This document shows positions 27,356-41,318 of a stretch of DNA of 64,000 bases, one piece after another. The stretch covers positions 36,456,001 through 36,520,000 of the forward strand of contig OX597829.1 of the NCBI GenBank assembly GCA_951406725.2, given 5' to 3'. Source of the DNA: Octopus vulgaris. Lineage: Eukaryota. The notes beneath the pieces are model-generated. The model searched no databases and was not told the DNA's origin. It saw only the letters and a program-made list of their open reading frames with translations. Every line of letters begins with the position of its first letter. Position 1 is the stretch's first letter. A program made the position numbers and the translations under genes.

Positions 27356-28239
27356 CTACTCGATGTGTTCGGTCATCTTGCATACTTGTTGAATGCACCT
27401 TGTATATATTCTTGAGTACATTTGTGTGCACACCATCAAGATGATAAAAAGGTAAAAATAAAATAAAATCTATTTGAATAAAAAATTAGACCATTCAAAA
27501 TAATAAAGAAATGCATCCGAAAAAAAAAACAGAAACAACTGAAACGCCTTATACTATGGACTTCATACGTAGGAGATGGAAAGTGGTTACTATACAACAC
27601 CACATATAATTATAGCAGGGAAGTAATTGGGAAATATTTATATTTATTGTACCAAATGCTGACGAGGATGAACTTTGGTCCGTAGTCAAAATATATTAGT
27701 ACTAACTTCCCTTTGTCATCTCCGTGATGTTATGAATACCTTTCCACAAAAATGAATGGCAAGACCTATATTAGAATTATTATTAAACAATGACAACCAC
27801 CCAAATAATCATCTAGTACAATTATATCATATAAATTGATATTTCTATCAGTTAGTCTCATTTAATAAATTTGGATTGTTTTTCTATATTTAGACTCACC
27901 AGCAAATAACAACGCATACACGCACACACACATACATACATACACACACGCACGCACATAAACACGGACATATACACACACAAGCACGTACACACACACA
28001 CGTGTGTGTTTGTACGCGTGTATGTATATATTATGTATATTTATATATGCGCATGCGTGTATATATATATATATATATATGCAAGTGTGTTCTTTATTTC
28101 CATTATACCTCACAACTAATTAACCAGTAACATAATTTAAAAAATATCGAATACACAAACACACAGAAACATAAGGACATAGATATAAATAGGCAGATAT
28201 ACATGAGTATGTATACGTATATGTATGTCTATATGTTTA

Positions 28240-28300
<61 letters not shown>

Positions 28301-28576
28301 TATATATACATACATATGTATGCATATATTGAAAGGGAGAGATAATTCTACATTCCAGCATAGGTATGTGTGTGTATGTTTGTATATGTATATATATGTG
28401 TATTTTGTTTTTGTTCTAAGTCAGAACTAATTAATCACTAAAACTAATAAAACAAAATATATATTATATATATATATAATCAGTAAGTGTTTATATACAT
28501 ATATATATATAAATATATATATATACATATATATATTCATATATATGAATATATATATATATATACGCACACACAC

Positions 28577-28639
<63 letters not shown>

Positions 28640-29623
28640 TACGTATGTACGTACGCACGCTCTTACATACGTTTGTATGTATACTTTCGTGTGTATGTGC
28701 GTGTGTACGTGTTTGTGAACTGAAATTAAGACGAGTTAAAAATGAAACTTTGAAGACGTTAACAGAATATATGTGCGGAGGTTTAGGGTTGGGCATCATG
28801 AACCTCTGTATTTGTTTTTCTTCTTCTCTTCTGAGATCCAACGTCAGATAACTTCCAAAATAATTGCACGTAAACATTTGAAAGAACGTTAGATGCACAG
28901 TACCAATCAGGGTTTATCCGATTAAAAGTTGTTGCAATTTGATTAAGAAAAGAAATTTAATCTACTCCAACTGGCCAAGATTTTCTCAAAAAACCTTCTT
29001 TTTTTAATTTGATTCTGTGTTTCAAAGTAAATAAATAGAAATTGGAAGAGAGCAAAAGAGATGTTAAAGAGTGAGTAGATGGAACTTTTTCTTGTGCGTA
29101 ATGTGTATCAGCAACGCAAAGTAGGAACTTACGGGCATGTTTTATAGAAAATGTTTGTACGTAGGAAAGTCATTGTAACCGTTTGTAGTTGTATTTAAAA
29201 AATCTTTGCATCAATCCATATTTATATATGCAGTTATATATCATATACATGGTGGACAGAAAATTCGGGCCCGGGAAATTCGGTCTCAGAAATGATTAGT
29301 AAACTTGACATGAAAAGACTAATTAAACAAATATAAAAAAAATACATAACTAAATAGAAGAGTAATTTTATTGAAAAAAAAAAAATAAATAAACCAATGT
29401 ATAAAACAGCAAAAAATATATTTATAATATTACCTTTTATCAGACATTACACAAGAAATTAGGAAAATTGGGTCCGAGAAAATTAATATATATAATTAGT
29501 TAAATATTGATTTAACTAAATAGTATAAATAAAAAACAAAACAGAATAATAATTTTATTGATAAAAATATTAAAATCACATGTATAAATTAGCGGAAAAA
29601 TAAGGGTAACATCAAACGTATAC

Positions 29624-30153
29624 GATATGGTGTACATTGCGGAGACATAAACGGACCCTCTACCGCTTTAGATTTTCTTTTTAGAGAATCCCACGTTTTC
29701 GGCTATGGAAATCCCGATTCTGAAAAAACATTTTTAAAAATCGGAACTTTTCAATCGACACCCCCACATTTACCCATTTTTTCCATCTTTCACCTTTTCC
29801 GGAAATCTTTTTTTTTTTTTTTGTGTGTATGAAATACGTAGAAAAATACGGAGATTATTATTGTGAAAAAAATATTTGTAAAATTTCAACTTAAAAAAAA
29901 GAATTACCCCAACTTCTCCCCTCCCGATTCTACGGCCTTGGCGTTCAACCATGCTATCCACATCCTAGAAATAACAGCCAAATCTCACAAAACAGCAATA
30001 ACATAATGACAGAAATATGTAATCAATCTACTCACCTGAAATTTTGAAATTTTTTTTTTCAGATTCGGAATCTCCATATCCGAAAACGTGGGATTCCTTA
30101 AAAAAAAATTAAGGGGGAGGGATCCATTTACGCCTCCGCCATGTGCGCCTATG
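29624..30153. mobile_element. MITE-like element with ~110-bp imperfect TIRs nested in the MULE
   Basis: gaatcccacgttttcggctatggaaatccc (~29685-29715) vs ggaatctccatatccgaaaacgtgggattc (~30067-30097); CATAGGCGCA-type terminus. Confidence 0.75.
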
Positions 30154-30299
30154 ATATTTCCTTTTATCAAACATATTAAGCAAAAAATTAGGAAAACAGA
30201 TCTGAAAACATTCTGCCCCTGAATCTTACACCGAAGAATTTAATGAATGAGGATTTGCCTTTAGAAAAGTTATCATTACTATCATTAGATTGCACAAGG

Positions 30300-31590
30300 T
30301 TTTTATTGATAGGTATTTTCTCTTTTTCTGTGGATTATCTCCTCTCTGAGCATGAATTATTCTGATCTATGTAAAGGATTCTTCATTTCGAAGAGCGTCA
30401 ATAAGCTTCCAGATGTTTGTGTGCTTGTTTGTTATTTATGTGCAGAATGCTGAGTGAAACCCCTCAAGAGCATTGTTTGTCCGATGCAATTCCTGAATTA
30501 CTTGACTGTAAACATTAACGGGAATCAAGGGCTCTTCTCGTCTGCCACGTCTTCCTCCCTTTGGTTCAATGTATGTCAGCTTGAAATAGCTTATAAAATC
30601 TAATAGAATTTATTCATCCTCACAGAGATCTTCATATCAATTACTTCTTCTGGTGGTAAAAATGCCAGTGCGCAGAACCATAAGTACTGTATTGAACTTT
30701 ATATCCGAGTTGGCGTAATTTCCTATAAACTGACTGGAAAAAATAAAATAAACAACCTGCGCTGGTGCTGCCAGTAAAGTTATGATTACAGCTGTTATGA
30801 ATTGCCCGTTCAAAGTCAATCAATACTTGACGAGGTTTAAAATTGGGGCGCAATTATTTTTATTTCAAGAAAAGTCTTGTCATATGTTGCTTGTGTTTTG
30901 CCCGGCAGTAGAATGAAAGCTCGAGGATAAGATCTACAATTTATGATAGTATGAATGGTGAAAAGTTGATACCATGCACTTGGTGAGGATTTGTATGTGC
31001 CAGCCATTCCTAAAAATGAGGTGTTTTCCAGTTGTTGAAGACCTTCGTTAGAGGCAAAGTTTAATATCCACTTTTCATCATTAATGCCTGTGTCGCATTG
31101 CAGGAACAAAGCACCGCCTTCCAAGTATTTAAAGGAATCAGGCACTTAAAATCGAGTTCGAAGAAGAGGCAACGGAGGATCACCAAAAGCTTTATTGCAC
31201 CAGTCTGCAATACTTTTAGAAACTGTTTGCAACCGTGGTAATTCATATTTCGCATTCTCACTAATATTATTTGTAGTTTCTGAAATGTGCACCCGAGTAC
31301 TTGCTTCAATTACATCTTGTAACATTTTTTCTTAATGCTGAAATGGTGAATCGTGCTTCCACTGCATACGGTGCTGGTTCGTGATCATGACTATTGATTG
31401 TTGAAATAATTATAGGTTCACCTGGTTTATTTTCTGTATGAACACGTGCATAACGTCTTGCGAATCTCAAAGCACCACAGTTTCCTTGTCTCATCGGAAA
31501 TAAACTTATGAAAGTTGTAAACATAATTAAGTTTATCAATCACGTTGTTTTTGTTTTACTCACTTTTAAAATATTTTAAGCAGCCATATT
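30300..31590 (-). pseudogene. MULE transposase pseudogene
   Basis: MAGTYKSSPSAWYQLFTIH, FILLPGKTQATY, VLIDFERAIHN, GCLFYFFQSVYRK and RTNNALEGFH, broken by frameshifts. Confidence 0.85.
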
Positions 31591-31838
31591 AGGGTTTATT
31601 AAAATTGGAAATATTTGATATCCTGCGAGCGAAATGACGTATGGATGAACGAACTCCATAAGGGGCGAAATGATTGGATACCGATTTGAAAAATTGTCTG
31701 GGACCAACTTTATTGGGACTGAATTTTCGGGACCGAATTTTCTGGGACCGCATTTTCAGAACCGAATTTTCCTTGCACCATATACATTTTATGCATATAT
31801 AGATATAAATATAAACACGTATATATAAATATAAACAC

Positions 31839-31913
<75 letters not shown>

Positions 31914-32253
31914 TATATATATAATTTGATAATTTTCCAAAGTTTTTACTTTTGTGTATGAGGATGCCCACCGAATTTTAAGTGCCCCGGACCCCCAATT
32001 CTTTAAATCCAGTCCTGCATACAGACGCATAAACACGCAGCTATGTATAGGTCTTTATATATATAGGGATTTTTTCCAAGATTCACTGGTTTAATATATT
32101 AAATTCTTCAATGAATATATTATGTAGAATATCGTAAAATATCAAACATTTTTATCAAGGTAGAAGTGAGAGAGATCTGACTGAACCCAGAACCATGTGG
32201 CTGGTAAACAAGCTACTTACCACATTACCAATCCTGCTAGTTAGAAAACAGAG

Positions 32254-32293
32254 AGATCTAATGGATACAAATTAATTTGTATCCATTAGATCT
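32254..32293. repeat. Perfect 40-bp palindrome
   Basis: agatctaatggatacaaatt|aatttgtatccattagatct. Confidence 0.95.
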
Positions 32294-32389
32294 TTCTGAC
32301 TCCTAACTCGATAAAAAAGGCTTGATATTCTACATAATATATTCTATTGAAGAATTTAATATATTAAACCAGTGTATCTTGATAAAAAT

Positions 32390-32429
<40 letters not shown>

Positions 32430-32598
32430 TCTTTTTTTAAAAATTTCAGTTACATTAGTGTCTTTTTTGAAAAATTTCAGTTACAACTGTGATGTTGTTG
32501 GTAAAACATGTTCTTTGTCTATCTACTTATCCTCTTGGAGATTTGGGAAAAAATTATACTAATGAGTCCTTCGAATTTAATTAAATTCTATATTTTTG

Positions 32599-32685
32599 TG
32601 CAGCTGAAGATTGCTCTACATTTTAAATTGATGTAATGTTTGCATTGTTCAATTAAATGGAGTCGCATGAAACGATTGTGCTGCA
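32599..32685 (+). ncRNA. Degenerate hammerhead-like motif with long stem II insert
   Basis: tgcag-CTGAAGA-(58 nt)-GAAA-cgattg-TG-ctgca; cleavage triplet reads GUG. Same family as 51093-51178. Confidence 0.6.
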
Positions 32686-32707
32686 TTACCTCTGGATATC
32701 CTTGTTG

Positions 32708-32756
<49 letters not shown>

Positions 32757-33319
32757 CTGTCTGTTTATGTGTGTGTATACAGGACCGGATTTAAAGAATA
32801 GGGGATCCGGAGTACTTCAAATTCGGTGGGCTCCCTCACGCACAAAAATTAAAATTTTGGAAAATTATTAAATTTATATCTCAAAACCCATCTGTTGCAT
32901 GTAATTGTATTTGCTGAAGTAGCAGAGAATGTTTAGATAAACGACTGAAAATTCCACTTTTCAAAATTCTAATTTCTTTTCTCATATATTCACTTGAAGT
33001 GTTTGACTTTTCCTTTATTGTGAAAAGTACAATGAAGGACGGAAGAGAGGATAATTTTTTTTAAACGCGCTTTACAAATGTTTCAGAATGTAGAATACGA
33101 TGAAATGACGGAAAATTATGAAAAAGAAAAATATATCATTTTAGTGGTTGTTGTTCCAAAGGTAGGATGAATGTGTTTTTGCGAGGGGAGAGACAAACAT
33201 TGAAAAGACATGGATTTTTAAAACATTGTCTTAAAAAGCTTCCCTTCATTCTTCTGCAACGCATAAACAATCGGGAAAATCCTCACAAAATTTCCAAAAT
33301 TCCAACATATATGGAACAG

Positions 33320-33920
33320 TTATTCCGAAAGTATTCCGTTTCTCCATCAGAGGAAAACATTCGAGTTCTCGTCTTTTCATAGGTCTTCGCAATCGCAAGA
33401 ACTTGTTCTTCTGGAATGCCATATGCTTGAAGGATCTTCAAAATTTTCTAATAATGGGTACTGTGAATCCCATTGCTGAAGTCCACGAAGATTATAATGG
33501 TAGGTAGCAGTCTTGATTTAACTCCTATGATACGCCTCAGGGCCATGATCTGAGATGTTGTGGCTCTCCCTGGTATAAATCCATTTTTAATTTGGTCTTG
33601 AATGGCTATCAAGCACCAGTTGAATCCTGGTGAGGATCATTTGGTTGATGACTTTGAGTGAGATATTGGACAGTGCAATTCCTCTATAGTTAGTTTCATT
33701 TTTGAGGTTTCCTGACTTTAGGATTGGTATCAAGTTAATCTCGGACCACCGATTTGAACTTCCTTGGTTCTGCAGGAGCTCATCAGGGCCAGCAGCTTTG
33801 TTCTCTTTTAGTTAATTTTTGGCACTCTGAATTCTTTCAAATACTAGCTGGGATGCTACAAGGAGATACGCTTGCACCATATCTGTTTCTTCTTTTATTG
33901 GATTATGCATTGCATAAGTC
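33320..33920 (-). pseudogene. RTE-clade RT relic (minus strand) with an adjacent plus-strand RT piece
   Basis: Minus: NYRGIALSNISLKVINQMIL, NGFIPGRATTSQIMALRRI, IFVDFS, LQAYGIP. Plus (33820-33915): ILAGMLQGDTLAPYLFLLLLDYAL. Confidence 0.75.
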
Positions 33921-35293
33921 CTACAAAATCTTCCATTTCTCCAACTCCCGTTCTCCAGGTACATACAGCCTCCCACTTTGAGCGACTATCGAGGAAGAAA
34001 ACATAGGTCGGAGACTTTCGTGGTCTTTTGTGCACACCTCACGGCGAAGGACTCGAGGTACTATGAAATGGTAATAACAGTAAGGGTATGCACTAAAGAA
34101 AGAATGTGAGCATTTGCGCAAGGTACAAATCGTCCCTATGAATCATGTTTATATCCCAGACTTGTTTAGCAACATTTTAGCAAAAGTCTATTGCAACTGG
34201 CGGCAGAACAGGAGAATTCCCAGTTGTGTGAGCCAGGTCGAGTAAACTCTGCTGAGAAAAGGTTATAGATAACTTCCTCTATTTAATCCTGTCAAATACA
34301 GATTTTAAGATTTTGGCTAAGTTTTTGCATGAGTTGTTTCAGTGGTTTGGTCGGGAAGTGCAAACATGTGCGATCCCAATAATTTCGTTTCCATCAATCT
34401 CCACCTCATATGATACATAATCGAGGAAGTTAAAAAAACCTGGCTTTGAATACTTATTCAATTTGGACCCAGTCGGAAGCATTCACGACGGTTGACCCTC
34501 GGTACTTGGCAATAGTCTTAAACATTTAAGGTTTCAGGCTCATTTCCACAATCTGGATTGCATCAAGGCAGTAGCATTTGCTCGATGGACGAAGTGAACA
34601 GCTACAACTCAGAATTGTTTCATATCATGTGCTCTGTCTATCAAAGGTGTCTTCATTCTTTTTATAAATGCTGGGTTTCGAACATTCACTGCGGAAGCTA
34701 GAACTATTGAAGAGCATCCATTTCGTGCTGGGATGCAGGAGAGCTGTTTCGGAGTATGCAGATTGCGCTATCGTAACGACAGTGGACATTCTGAAAGTGT
34801 AAATAGTCGGAGAGAAGATAACGGTCAAGTTGGTGAGTTTGCAACTTAGCATCGTGTGTAAAGCATGTTTCTCAATAGTTCATCTTTGATAAAACTGTGG
34901 ATTTGGCACCTGGCATCTGGAATGTCATTAGGCACTCTCTACTCTTCATTAGTTGCACAAAGTGGTCGGTTGAAGTTTCACTTTAGCAATAAATATAGTG
35001 GTAAGAATGATGAGATTCCCAAGAAAACGTTAGACATCGGCGAAGATAACGCGTCTGGTCTTTGCCGGAGTACTTTCGGGCTAGGGCCTATAATAAATAA
35101 CTTTCAAAAATCTTAGGTCTGACATTTTGTACGGAGAGTCATTACTTTTCGAGATTGACTTGAATGTAAAATCGAACGTGAAAGCGCTGCCGGACATGAC
35201 TGTCCAAGATGTGCGAAGAGCGACTACACAGTACAACATGCATTCGTACAGCACGCGTGAATGACTGACTTGTGGATAAGTTATATCATTTTG

Positions 35294-35343
<50 letters not shown>

Positions 35344-35642
35344 TGTGAAATGAAGTGTTTTGCTCTAGAGCACAACGCATCGCCCGGTACAGGAATCAAA
35401 ACCACTATCTTCTCACACACACATACACACATCATATATTATTGTGATAGTTAAATTTTCAACAAAGCTCAGAATTTAATAATCGTTCAACGTACTCTCT
35501 TAAGCACCTCTCTATATTACTTTAAAACATTTGTTGTAACATCTACTATTGCGATTATTATTTTATATAGAATTTCAACTCATTCGTATTCTTCTAATCT
35601 GCTTATTTAATATCACTGTCTCCGCCTGTTTCTCTCTGCCCT

Positions 35643-35707
<65 letters not shown>

Positions 35708-35953
35708 CACACACACACATCCTCCCACCTTCTTTCCCTCTTTCCCTCTACCACTTTCAAATTTTTTCTCATTTTCATTCATTTATATTTGATTGTATTA
35801 GCAAAGCTGTTTATATTTGAATCTGCTTCCTATCTTGATTCTTCTCTCGTCCTCTTCTCTGCACTCACAGATAGAATGTATTTCTCTAATCACATTTTAT
35901 TGTATTTAATTTCTGTCAAATTGTTTTACTATTTATGTATGTTTTATAAATAA

Positions 35954-35996
<43 letters not shown>

Positions 35997-36749
35997 TCTC
36001 TCCCTCATCCCCATTTCTTTTCCCATTTTATTGCCCCCCTTCTATTGTGTGTGAGAGAGAGGGAGAGAAAGTATGTGCGTTTGTGTATATGCGTGTGTGT
36101 GTGTGTATAAACACATATCTCAATGATAAAAGAATCCTGAATTTAGACGAAAGGCTCGAGTTGGGAAAGCAACGCGTGTCGAGAAAGTGATTTCCCGCTA
36201 ATGTATAGCAAACGATAACCAACTCTGTCAATCATTACGGTATAGATAGAACATGTTACTTGATTGATCCCAGCGACGCCTTTCAGGTCTTCCAATGAAC
36301 TGTGTCGCTTACCATACATCTTTACTTTCTATTGTGATCATCGAATTATGATGGGAAAGTTCAGACTGAACTTGAGAATACAGCGCGACTAGATAAGATT
36401 TTTATTGATACAGCTGTGACAAATCCATGCGCAGTTTCAAAAATCTCTTTGCAGCATGAGGAATTTTAGACGTCAAAATTCCAACCCCATTCATAATACC
36501 AGCATAAATACACATGAAAACGCAGCAGTAGCAGGTCTTCAGAAGTAGAAAGAAAAAAAAACAACCGAAACTCACGAGAAAACAAGGGAAATTAAGGAAA
36601 GAATAATATTGGAATCATGTGAAATTACATCTAAAATAAGTAAAATTTAGTACGTTTATATATTTGTTGTGCAAGATTTTTTATGTGAAGTCGTGTGTTG
36701 AAACAGATATTGCGAGATGCGGCAAGACGAAAATGCCCTGACTTGTGAC

Positions 36750-37133
36750 AAATTGGAAAGCGGTTATTTCAACATGACGATACACCTGCACACACCGCCT
36801 TGAGCGTGAGACAGTTTTTGACCAAAAGTAGCATGACCCCACTCATCTACCCTCCCTATTCCCCCGATTTTACTCCCTGTGACTTTTTTTGTTCCCTCGA
36901 ATGAAAAAGTCCTTAAAGGAAAACGTTTTGCAGATGTGAAGGGAAATGAAGGAAAAACGACGGAAGCGTTAGAAGGCATCATTTTGCAAAATTTGAACGG
37001 TGGGAAACACATCTAGACTGATGCATTGCTTTAAATTGAGAATACTTTGAAGGCGATAAAAATGTAAACATGTAAATCTAAGTGAATAAAATATTATTGC
37101 AAAATTCCGGTTTCTTTTGGGTACCCACTCGTA
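36750..37133 (+). mobile_element. Mariner transposon 3' relic
   Basis: FQHDDTPAHTA, YPPYSPDFTPCDFF, LKGKRFADV; ends ...ctcg-TA. Confidence 0.8.
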
Positions 37134-37813
37134 TACGTATCGAATGATTCTGAAAAATTTATTCAAAACTATTTTGTATTCCTAAGCAAAGTACAGGAAT
37201 CTGTGAGTGTTTAAGGAATTAGTTTCAAGAACGGGCATGCATGAGATCGACTGCATGTACATTTAGGGATGAGGGAATATTTTTTATTGTAGCCTCAGTT
37301 TCTCCAGTACCTTATGAATGGAATATTTTTCTGAGGTGTGCGTGCGATTGTGCGTATGTATATATATTTCTGTGTGTGTGTTTAGGTTGGTGTTTGGCAA
37401 TATATGGATTATTTCCTTATACCGAAATATGTGGAATGTTTCATGCACAGCCGGTGTTAATCAGCCGTCTACGTCACTGATTCTGAGTATGAAATATTTC
37501 CAGAGTAATCAATGAATATATTCGACTAACGTCAATGGCACGAAGATTTTTCGGTAGAAGGAAATACAGAATTTTAAATTACACACGGTTATAGGACAAT
37601 TTACAATTTTTTAACACCGCTGTATGTTCAGACTGTCTTTCTCCATGAAAAACAAGAAAAAATACACACATACCTATGTAAATATTCATACATACATATA
37701 TACATAATTTCGCCGAGGTCATCTTGGCCTTTCTTCCTTTCAGCCGCTAAAATAAATATCAGATGAGTACTGGAGTCAATGTAATTTTCTGCAAACATTT
37801 CAAAATCAATATA

Positions 37814-37950
37814 TAGACAGACAGACAGACAGGCAGGCAGGCAGACAGACAGGCAGGCAGGCAGACAGGCAGGCAGGCAGGCAGACAGGCAGACAGGCAG
37901 GCAGACAGGCAGGCAGGCAGGCATACAGGCAGGCAGGCAGGCAGACAGAC

Positions 37951-38038
<88 letters not shown>

Positions 38039-38102
38039 GATGGATGGATGGATGGATAGATTGATGGATGGATAAATAGATAGACAGACAGACAGACAGA
38101 TT

Positions 38103-38165
<63 letters not shown>
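37814..38165. repeat. Compound (GACA)/(GGCA)/(GATA)/(GGAT) tetranucleotide array
   Basis: Directly visible. Confidence 0.95.
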
Positions 38166-38707
38166 CAACAAATAGTTAGACAGATATACATACATATATA
38201 TATATATATATATACATACACACAAACATACATAGACACAAACATACATATTTGGGTGGGTGGGTTAATATAGGTAACTAAAACAACAGTTTTACATCAC
38301 ATTAAATTTATTACATACCGCACAACAATTTATCTATATAAACATCTGAACATCTACACTCCACTAAGCAACACAATATCTTAACCAATCCACCTCTATT
38401 AAGACAATGTCAGATCCTTGTTGGGATCTTGCTCGATATCTTTAATTGTCATGGCCAGCCAGCCGTTTACGTGGTTTGTATCTTGCTGATTCTATAAAAG
38501 TGAAACCATGTTAGTGCTGATAGAAGAAAAAGAGATAGTTTAAAATCATCAGGTGTTTCAAAGTTTCACCTTTGGGATGCAGTTTTATCATGTTCTGAAG
38601 TTGCTATATTTGGCGAGATAACACCATCACATGCACAAGAATACATCCCTTTCCGGATATTTTTGTGCCAAAATTTTGAAATTATCATCATCATCATTAT
38701 TATTATT

Positions 38708-38908
38708 AAGGTGGTGAGCTGGTAGAATCGTTAGCATGATTGAAGAAATGCTTAGCGGTATTTCGTCTGCAGTTACGTTCTGAGTTCAAATTCCGCCGAG
38801 GTCAACTTTGCCTTTCATCCTTTCGGGGTCGAAAAATTAAGTACCAGTTACGCACTGGGGTTGATGTAATCGACTTAATCCCTTTGTCTGTCCTTGTTTG
38901 TTCCCCTC
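38708..38908 (+). mobile_element. SINE family 2
   Basis: A/B-box head and the central gcctttcatcctttcggggtcga domain. Confidence 0.85.
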
Positions 38909-39539
38909 TGAAAATATATCAAATCAAAAATTTGTGGCTTAAGAACTAATTTACTGTATAGTAGTAGATTATGAGAAACTATCCACAGTATCATTTATGT
39001 ATAAATTATACTACTTGTATTGAAAAGTCTGGTAAAAAAAAAAAAATTGATACTGTAGTGCAGTTAAATAACTTAGAAAGTATACAAGTGTAGAAATTAT
39101 AATGTTGACATTCCACTAGAAACTTTGCAGAAAGTATGCTTTCTTATATATAAAAGTATACGAATGTGAAAAACAACATTCTTTGTAAATGTATATAGTA
39201 ATGAGGATGGGTGTCCTTATACATACATACATACATACATACATACATACATACATACATACATACATACATACATACATACATACATACATACATGCAT
39301 GCATACATACATACATACATACATACATACATACATACATACATACGTACATACATACATACATACACACACACTCAGACATACATACATACATACATAC
39401 ATACATACACACACACTCAGACATTTATACATACATACATGCATACATGCATACATACATGCATACATACATACATACATACATACATACATACATACAT
39501 ACATACATACATAATACATACATACATACATACATATAT

Positions 39540-41318
39540 CTTACAATGGCACCTAGCAAAACACATGCCACTAAAGAATATTACAACCGAATAAAGTAAA
39601 TTTGAACCTCAGAACTCTCTGTATTCAATGAAAGAGTGACCCATAATGTGTTTGCAGTGCCAGTACTCATACCAACATTTAGGTTGCTTTATTGGATGCT
39701 TGATGAGATCCGATCCATTGATGTGAAAACCAAAAATATACTAACAAGCACACATAGTTTCCACATAAACAGTGACGTAGACTGCTACTACCTAAATTGA
39801 AAACAAAGCGGCAGAGGCTTAACATCGATCCAAAATGCCTTTGAATGTCGCATCGTATCCCTTCGGCAATATCTTTTAGCCACCAAGTGCCGAAGTGTAT
39901 CACTTGACCAAGTTTGCATACATGAACCTGACAATATCATAAGACTTGGAAGGCAGCTCCTTGGGCAACATTCCTTGTCTGATAGCCTATAATACATCCC
40001 CGAAGAAGTTGTATGATTCCACCGCAATGTATCATCAGGTGAGTGGAGGCGCAATGGCCCAGTGGTTAGGGCAGTAGACTCGCGGTCATAGGATCGCGGT
40101 TTCGATTCCCAGACCGGGCGTTGTGAGTGTTTATTGAGAGAAAACACCTAAAAGCTCCACGGGATGGTGGTGATCCCTGCTGTACTCTTTCACCACAACT
40201 TTCTCTTACTCTTACTTCCTGTTTCTGTTGTACCTGTATTTCAAGGGGCCGGCCTTGTCACTCTCTGTGTCACGCTGAATATCCCCGAGAACTACGTTAA
40301 GGGTGCACGTGTCTGTGGAGTGCTCAGCCACTTACACGTTAATTTCACGAGCAGGCTGTTCCGTTGATTCGGATCAACCGGAACCCTCATCGTCGTAACC
40401 GACGGAGTGCTTCCATCATCAGGTGAAAGGATGGGTCTATATGAGAAGAAGATTATGCATGGATATATTAGTAGAAAGCTCCATGATGATAGTAACATCG
40501 ATTATCAAAGCAGTTTATCGTGGATGAACAGCTGGATTACTACCTCTCAATCTGAAGGCTATGCGTTTGCAATCCAGGAACAGGAAATTTCAATCAAATA
40601 CTTGATGCACAAAAGGGATAGAGATGCAGGAAAAGCAGTAAAATGTGACAACCGATGCAGACTTTGTGGAGTTCTCACTGAAGATATCACCCACATCATA
40701 AGCAGTTGTCCAAAAATGTCATCACGGTATTATCTACCGATGAGACCTGACGTTGTAGCTAGGACACCCTATAATGAAATCTGTCGGAAGGATAATCCAG
40801 AGGACAAAGAAATAAGAACTCACAATATGGTAGAATCCATAGCTACTCATAATAAAAAGGAATACTGGTGGAATGTCCCAGTGAAGACCTCAATAAAATG
40901 TAAGCACAACAGACCTGATATAATGTTTTGGGATAGAAAAGAAAAACAGTGCACTGTTGTAGAAATTAGCTGCCCAGCAGGTGTTAAAATAAAGTTAAAG
41001 ATCAGTGAAAAAGAGAACAACTATGCCGAACTATTAAGAAATCTTCAGTTACTCTATCCAGATTACAAGTTCAGGTTTATACCTGTAATTATTGGAGCCC
41101 TGGGATATGTAACACACTACCTAAATACCAATCTTGAGAAACTAGGCTTCTCAAAACCGGAAAAGAAAAAACTAATCGGAAGACTACAGATCAAATCCAC
41201 ACTGGAACTGTAAAAATCTGTAAAACTTTCCAGAAGTTCATCATTTAAGTATATATGAGCATATCTAGATATGCAACTATATGCATGAGAATACATAAAT
41301 AAACCATACAAATCTGCA
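39540..41318 (+). mobile_element. 5'-truncated R4-like REL LINE flanked by (TACA)n, interrupted by a SINE
   Basis: ORF 40407-41213: EGYAFAIQEQEI, CRLCGVLTEDITHIISSC, HNRPDI, VEISCP, PVIIGALG; upstream KQSGRGL. (TACA)n at 39220-39537 and 41320-41384. Confidence 0.85.
40043..40414 (+). mobile_element. tRNA-derived SINE family 3 with 12-bp TSD
   Basis: TSD atcatcaggtga at 40031-40042 and 40415-40426; A box tggcccagtgg, B box ggtttcgattcc. Confidence 0.9.

Larger units (their letters stand above)
29251..31779 (-). mobile_element. Mutator-like (MULE) DNA transposon with subrepeat TIRs and TSD
   Basis: GGTG...CACC termini; TSD atatacat at 29243-29250 and 31780-31787; gaaaattcggtcccg-type subterminal repeats. 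Confidence 0.88.

Noticed and set aside
26696-37133. Single mariner split by ~9 kb of insertions (5' piece at 26696, 3' piece at 36750)
   Set aside because: Same strand and complementary halves, but the termini match over only a few bases (TACGAG/CTCGTA), so they are more likely separate families.
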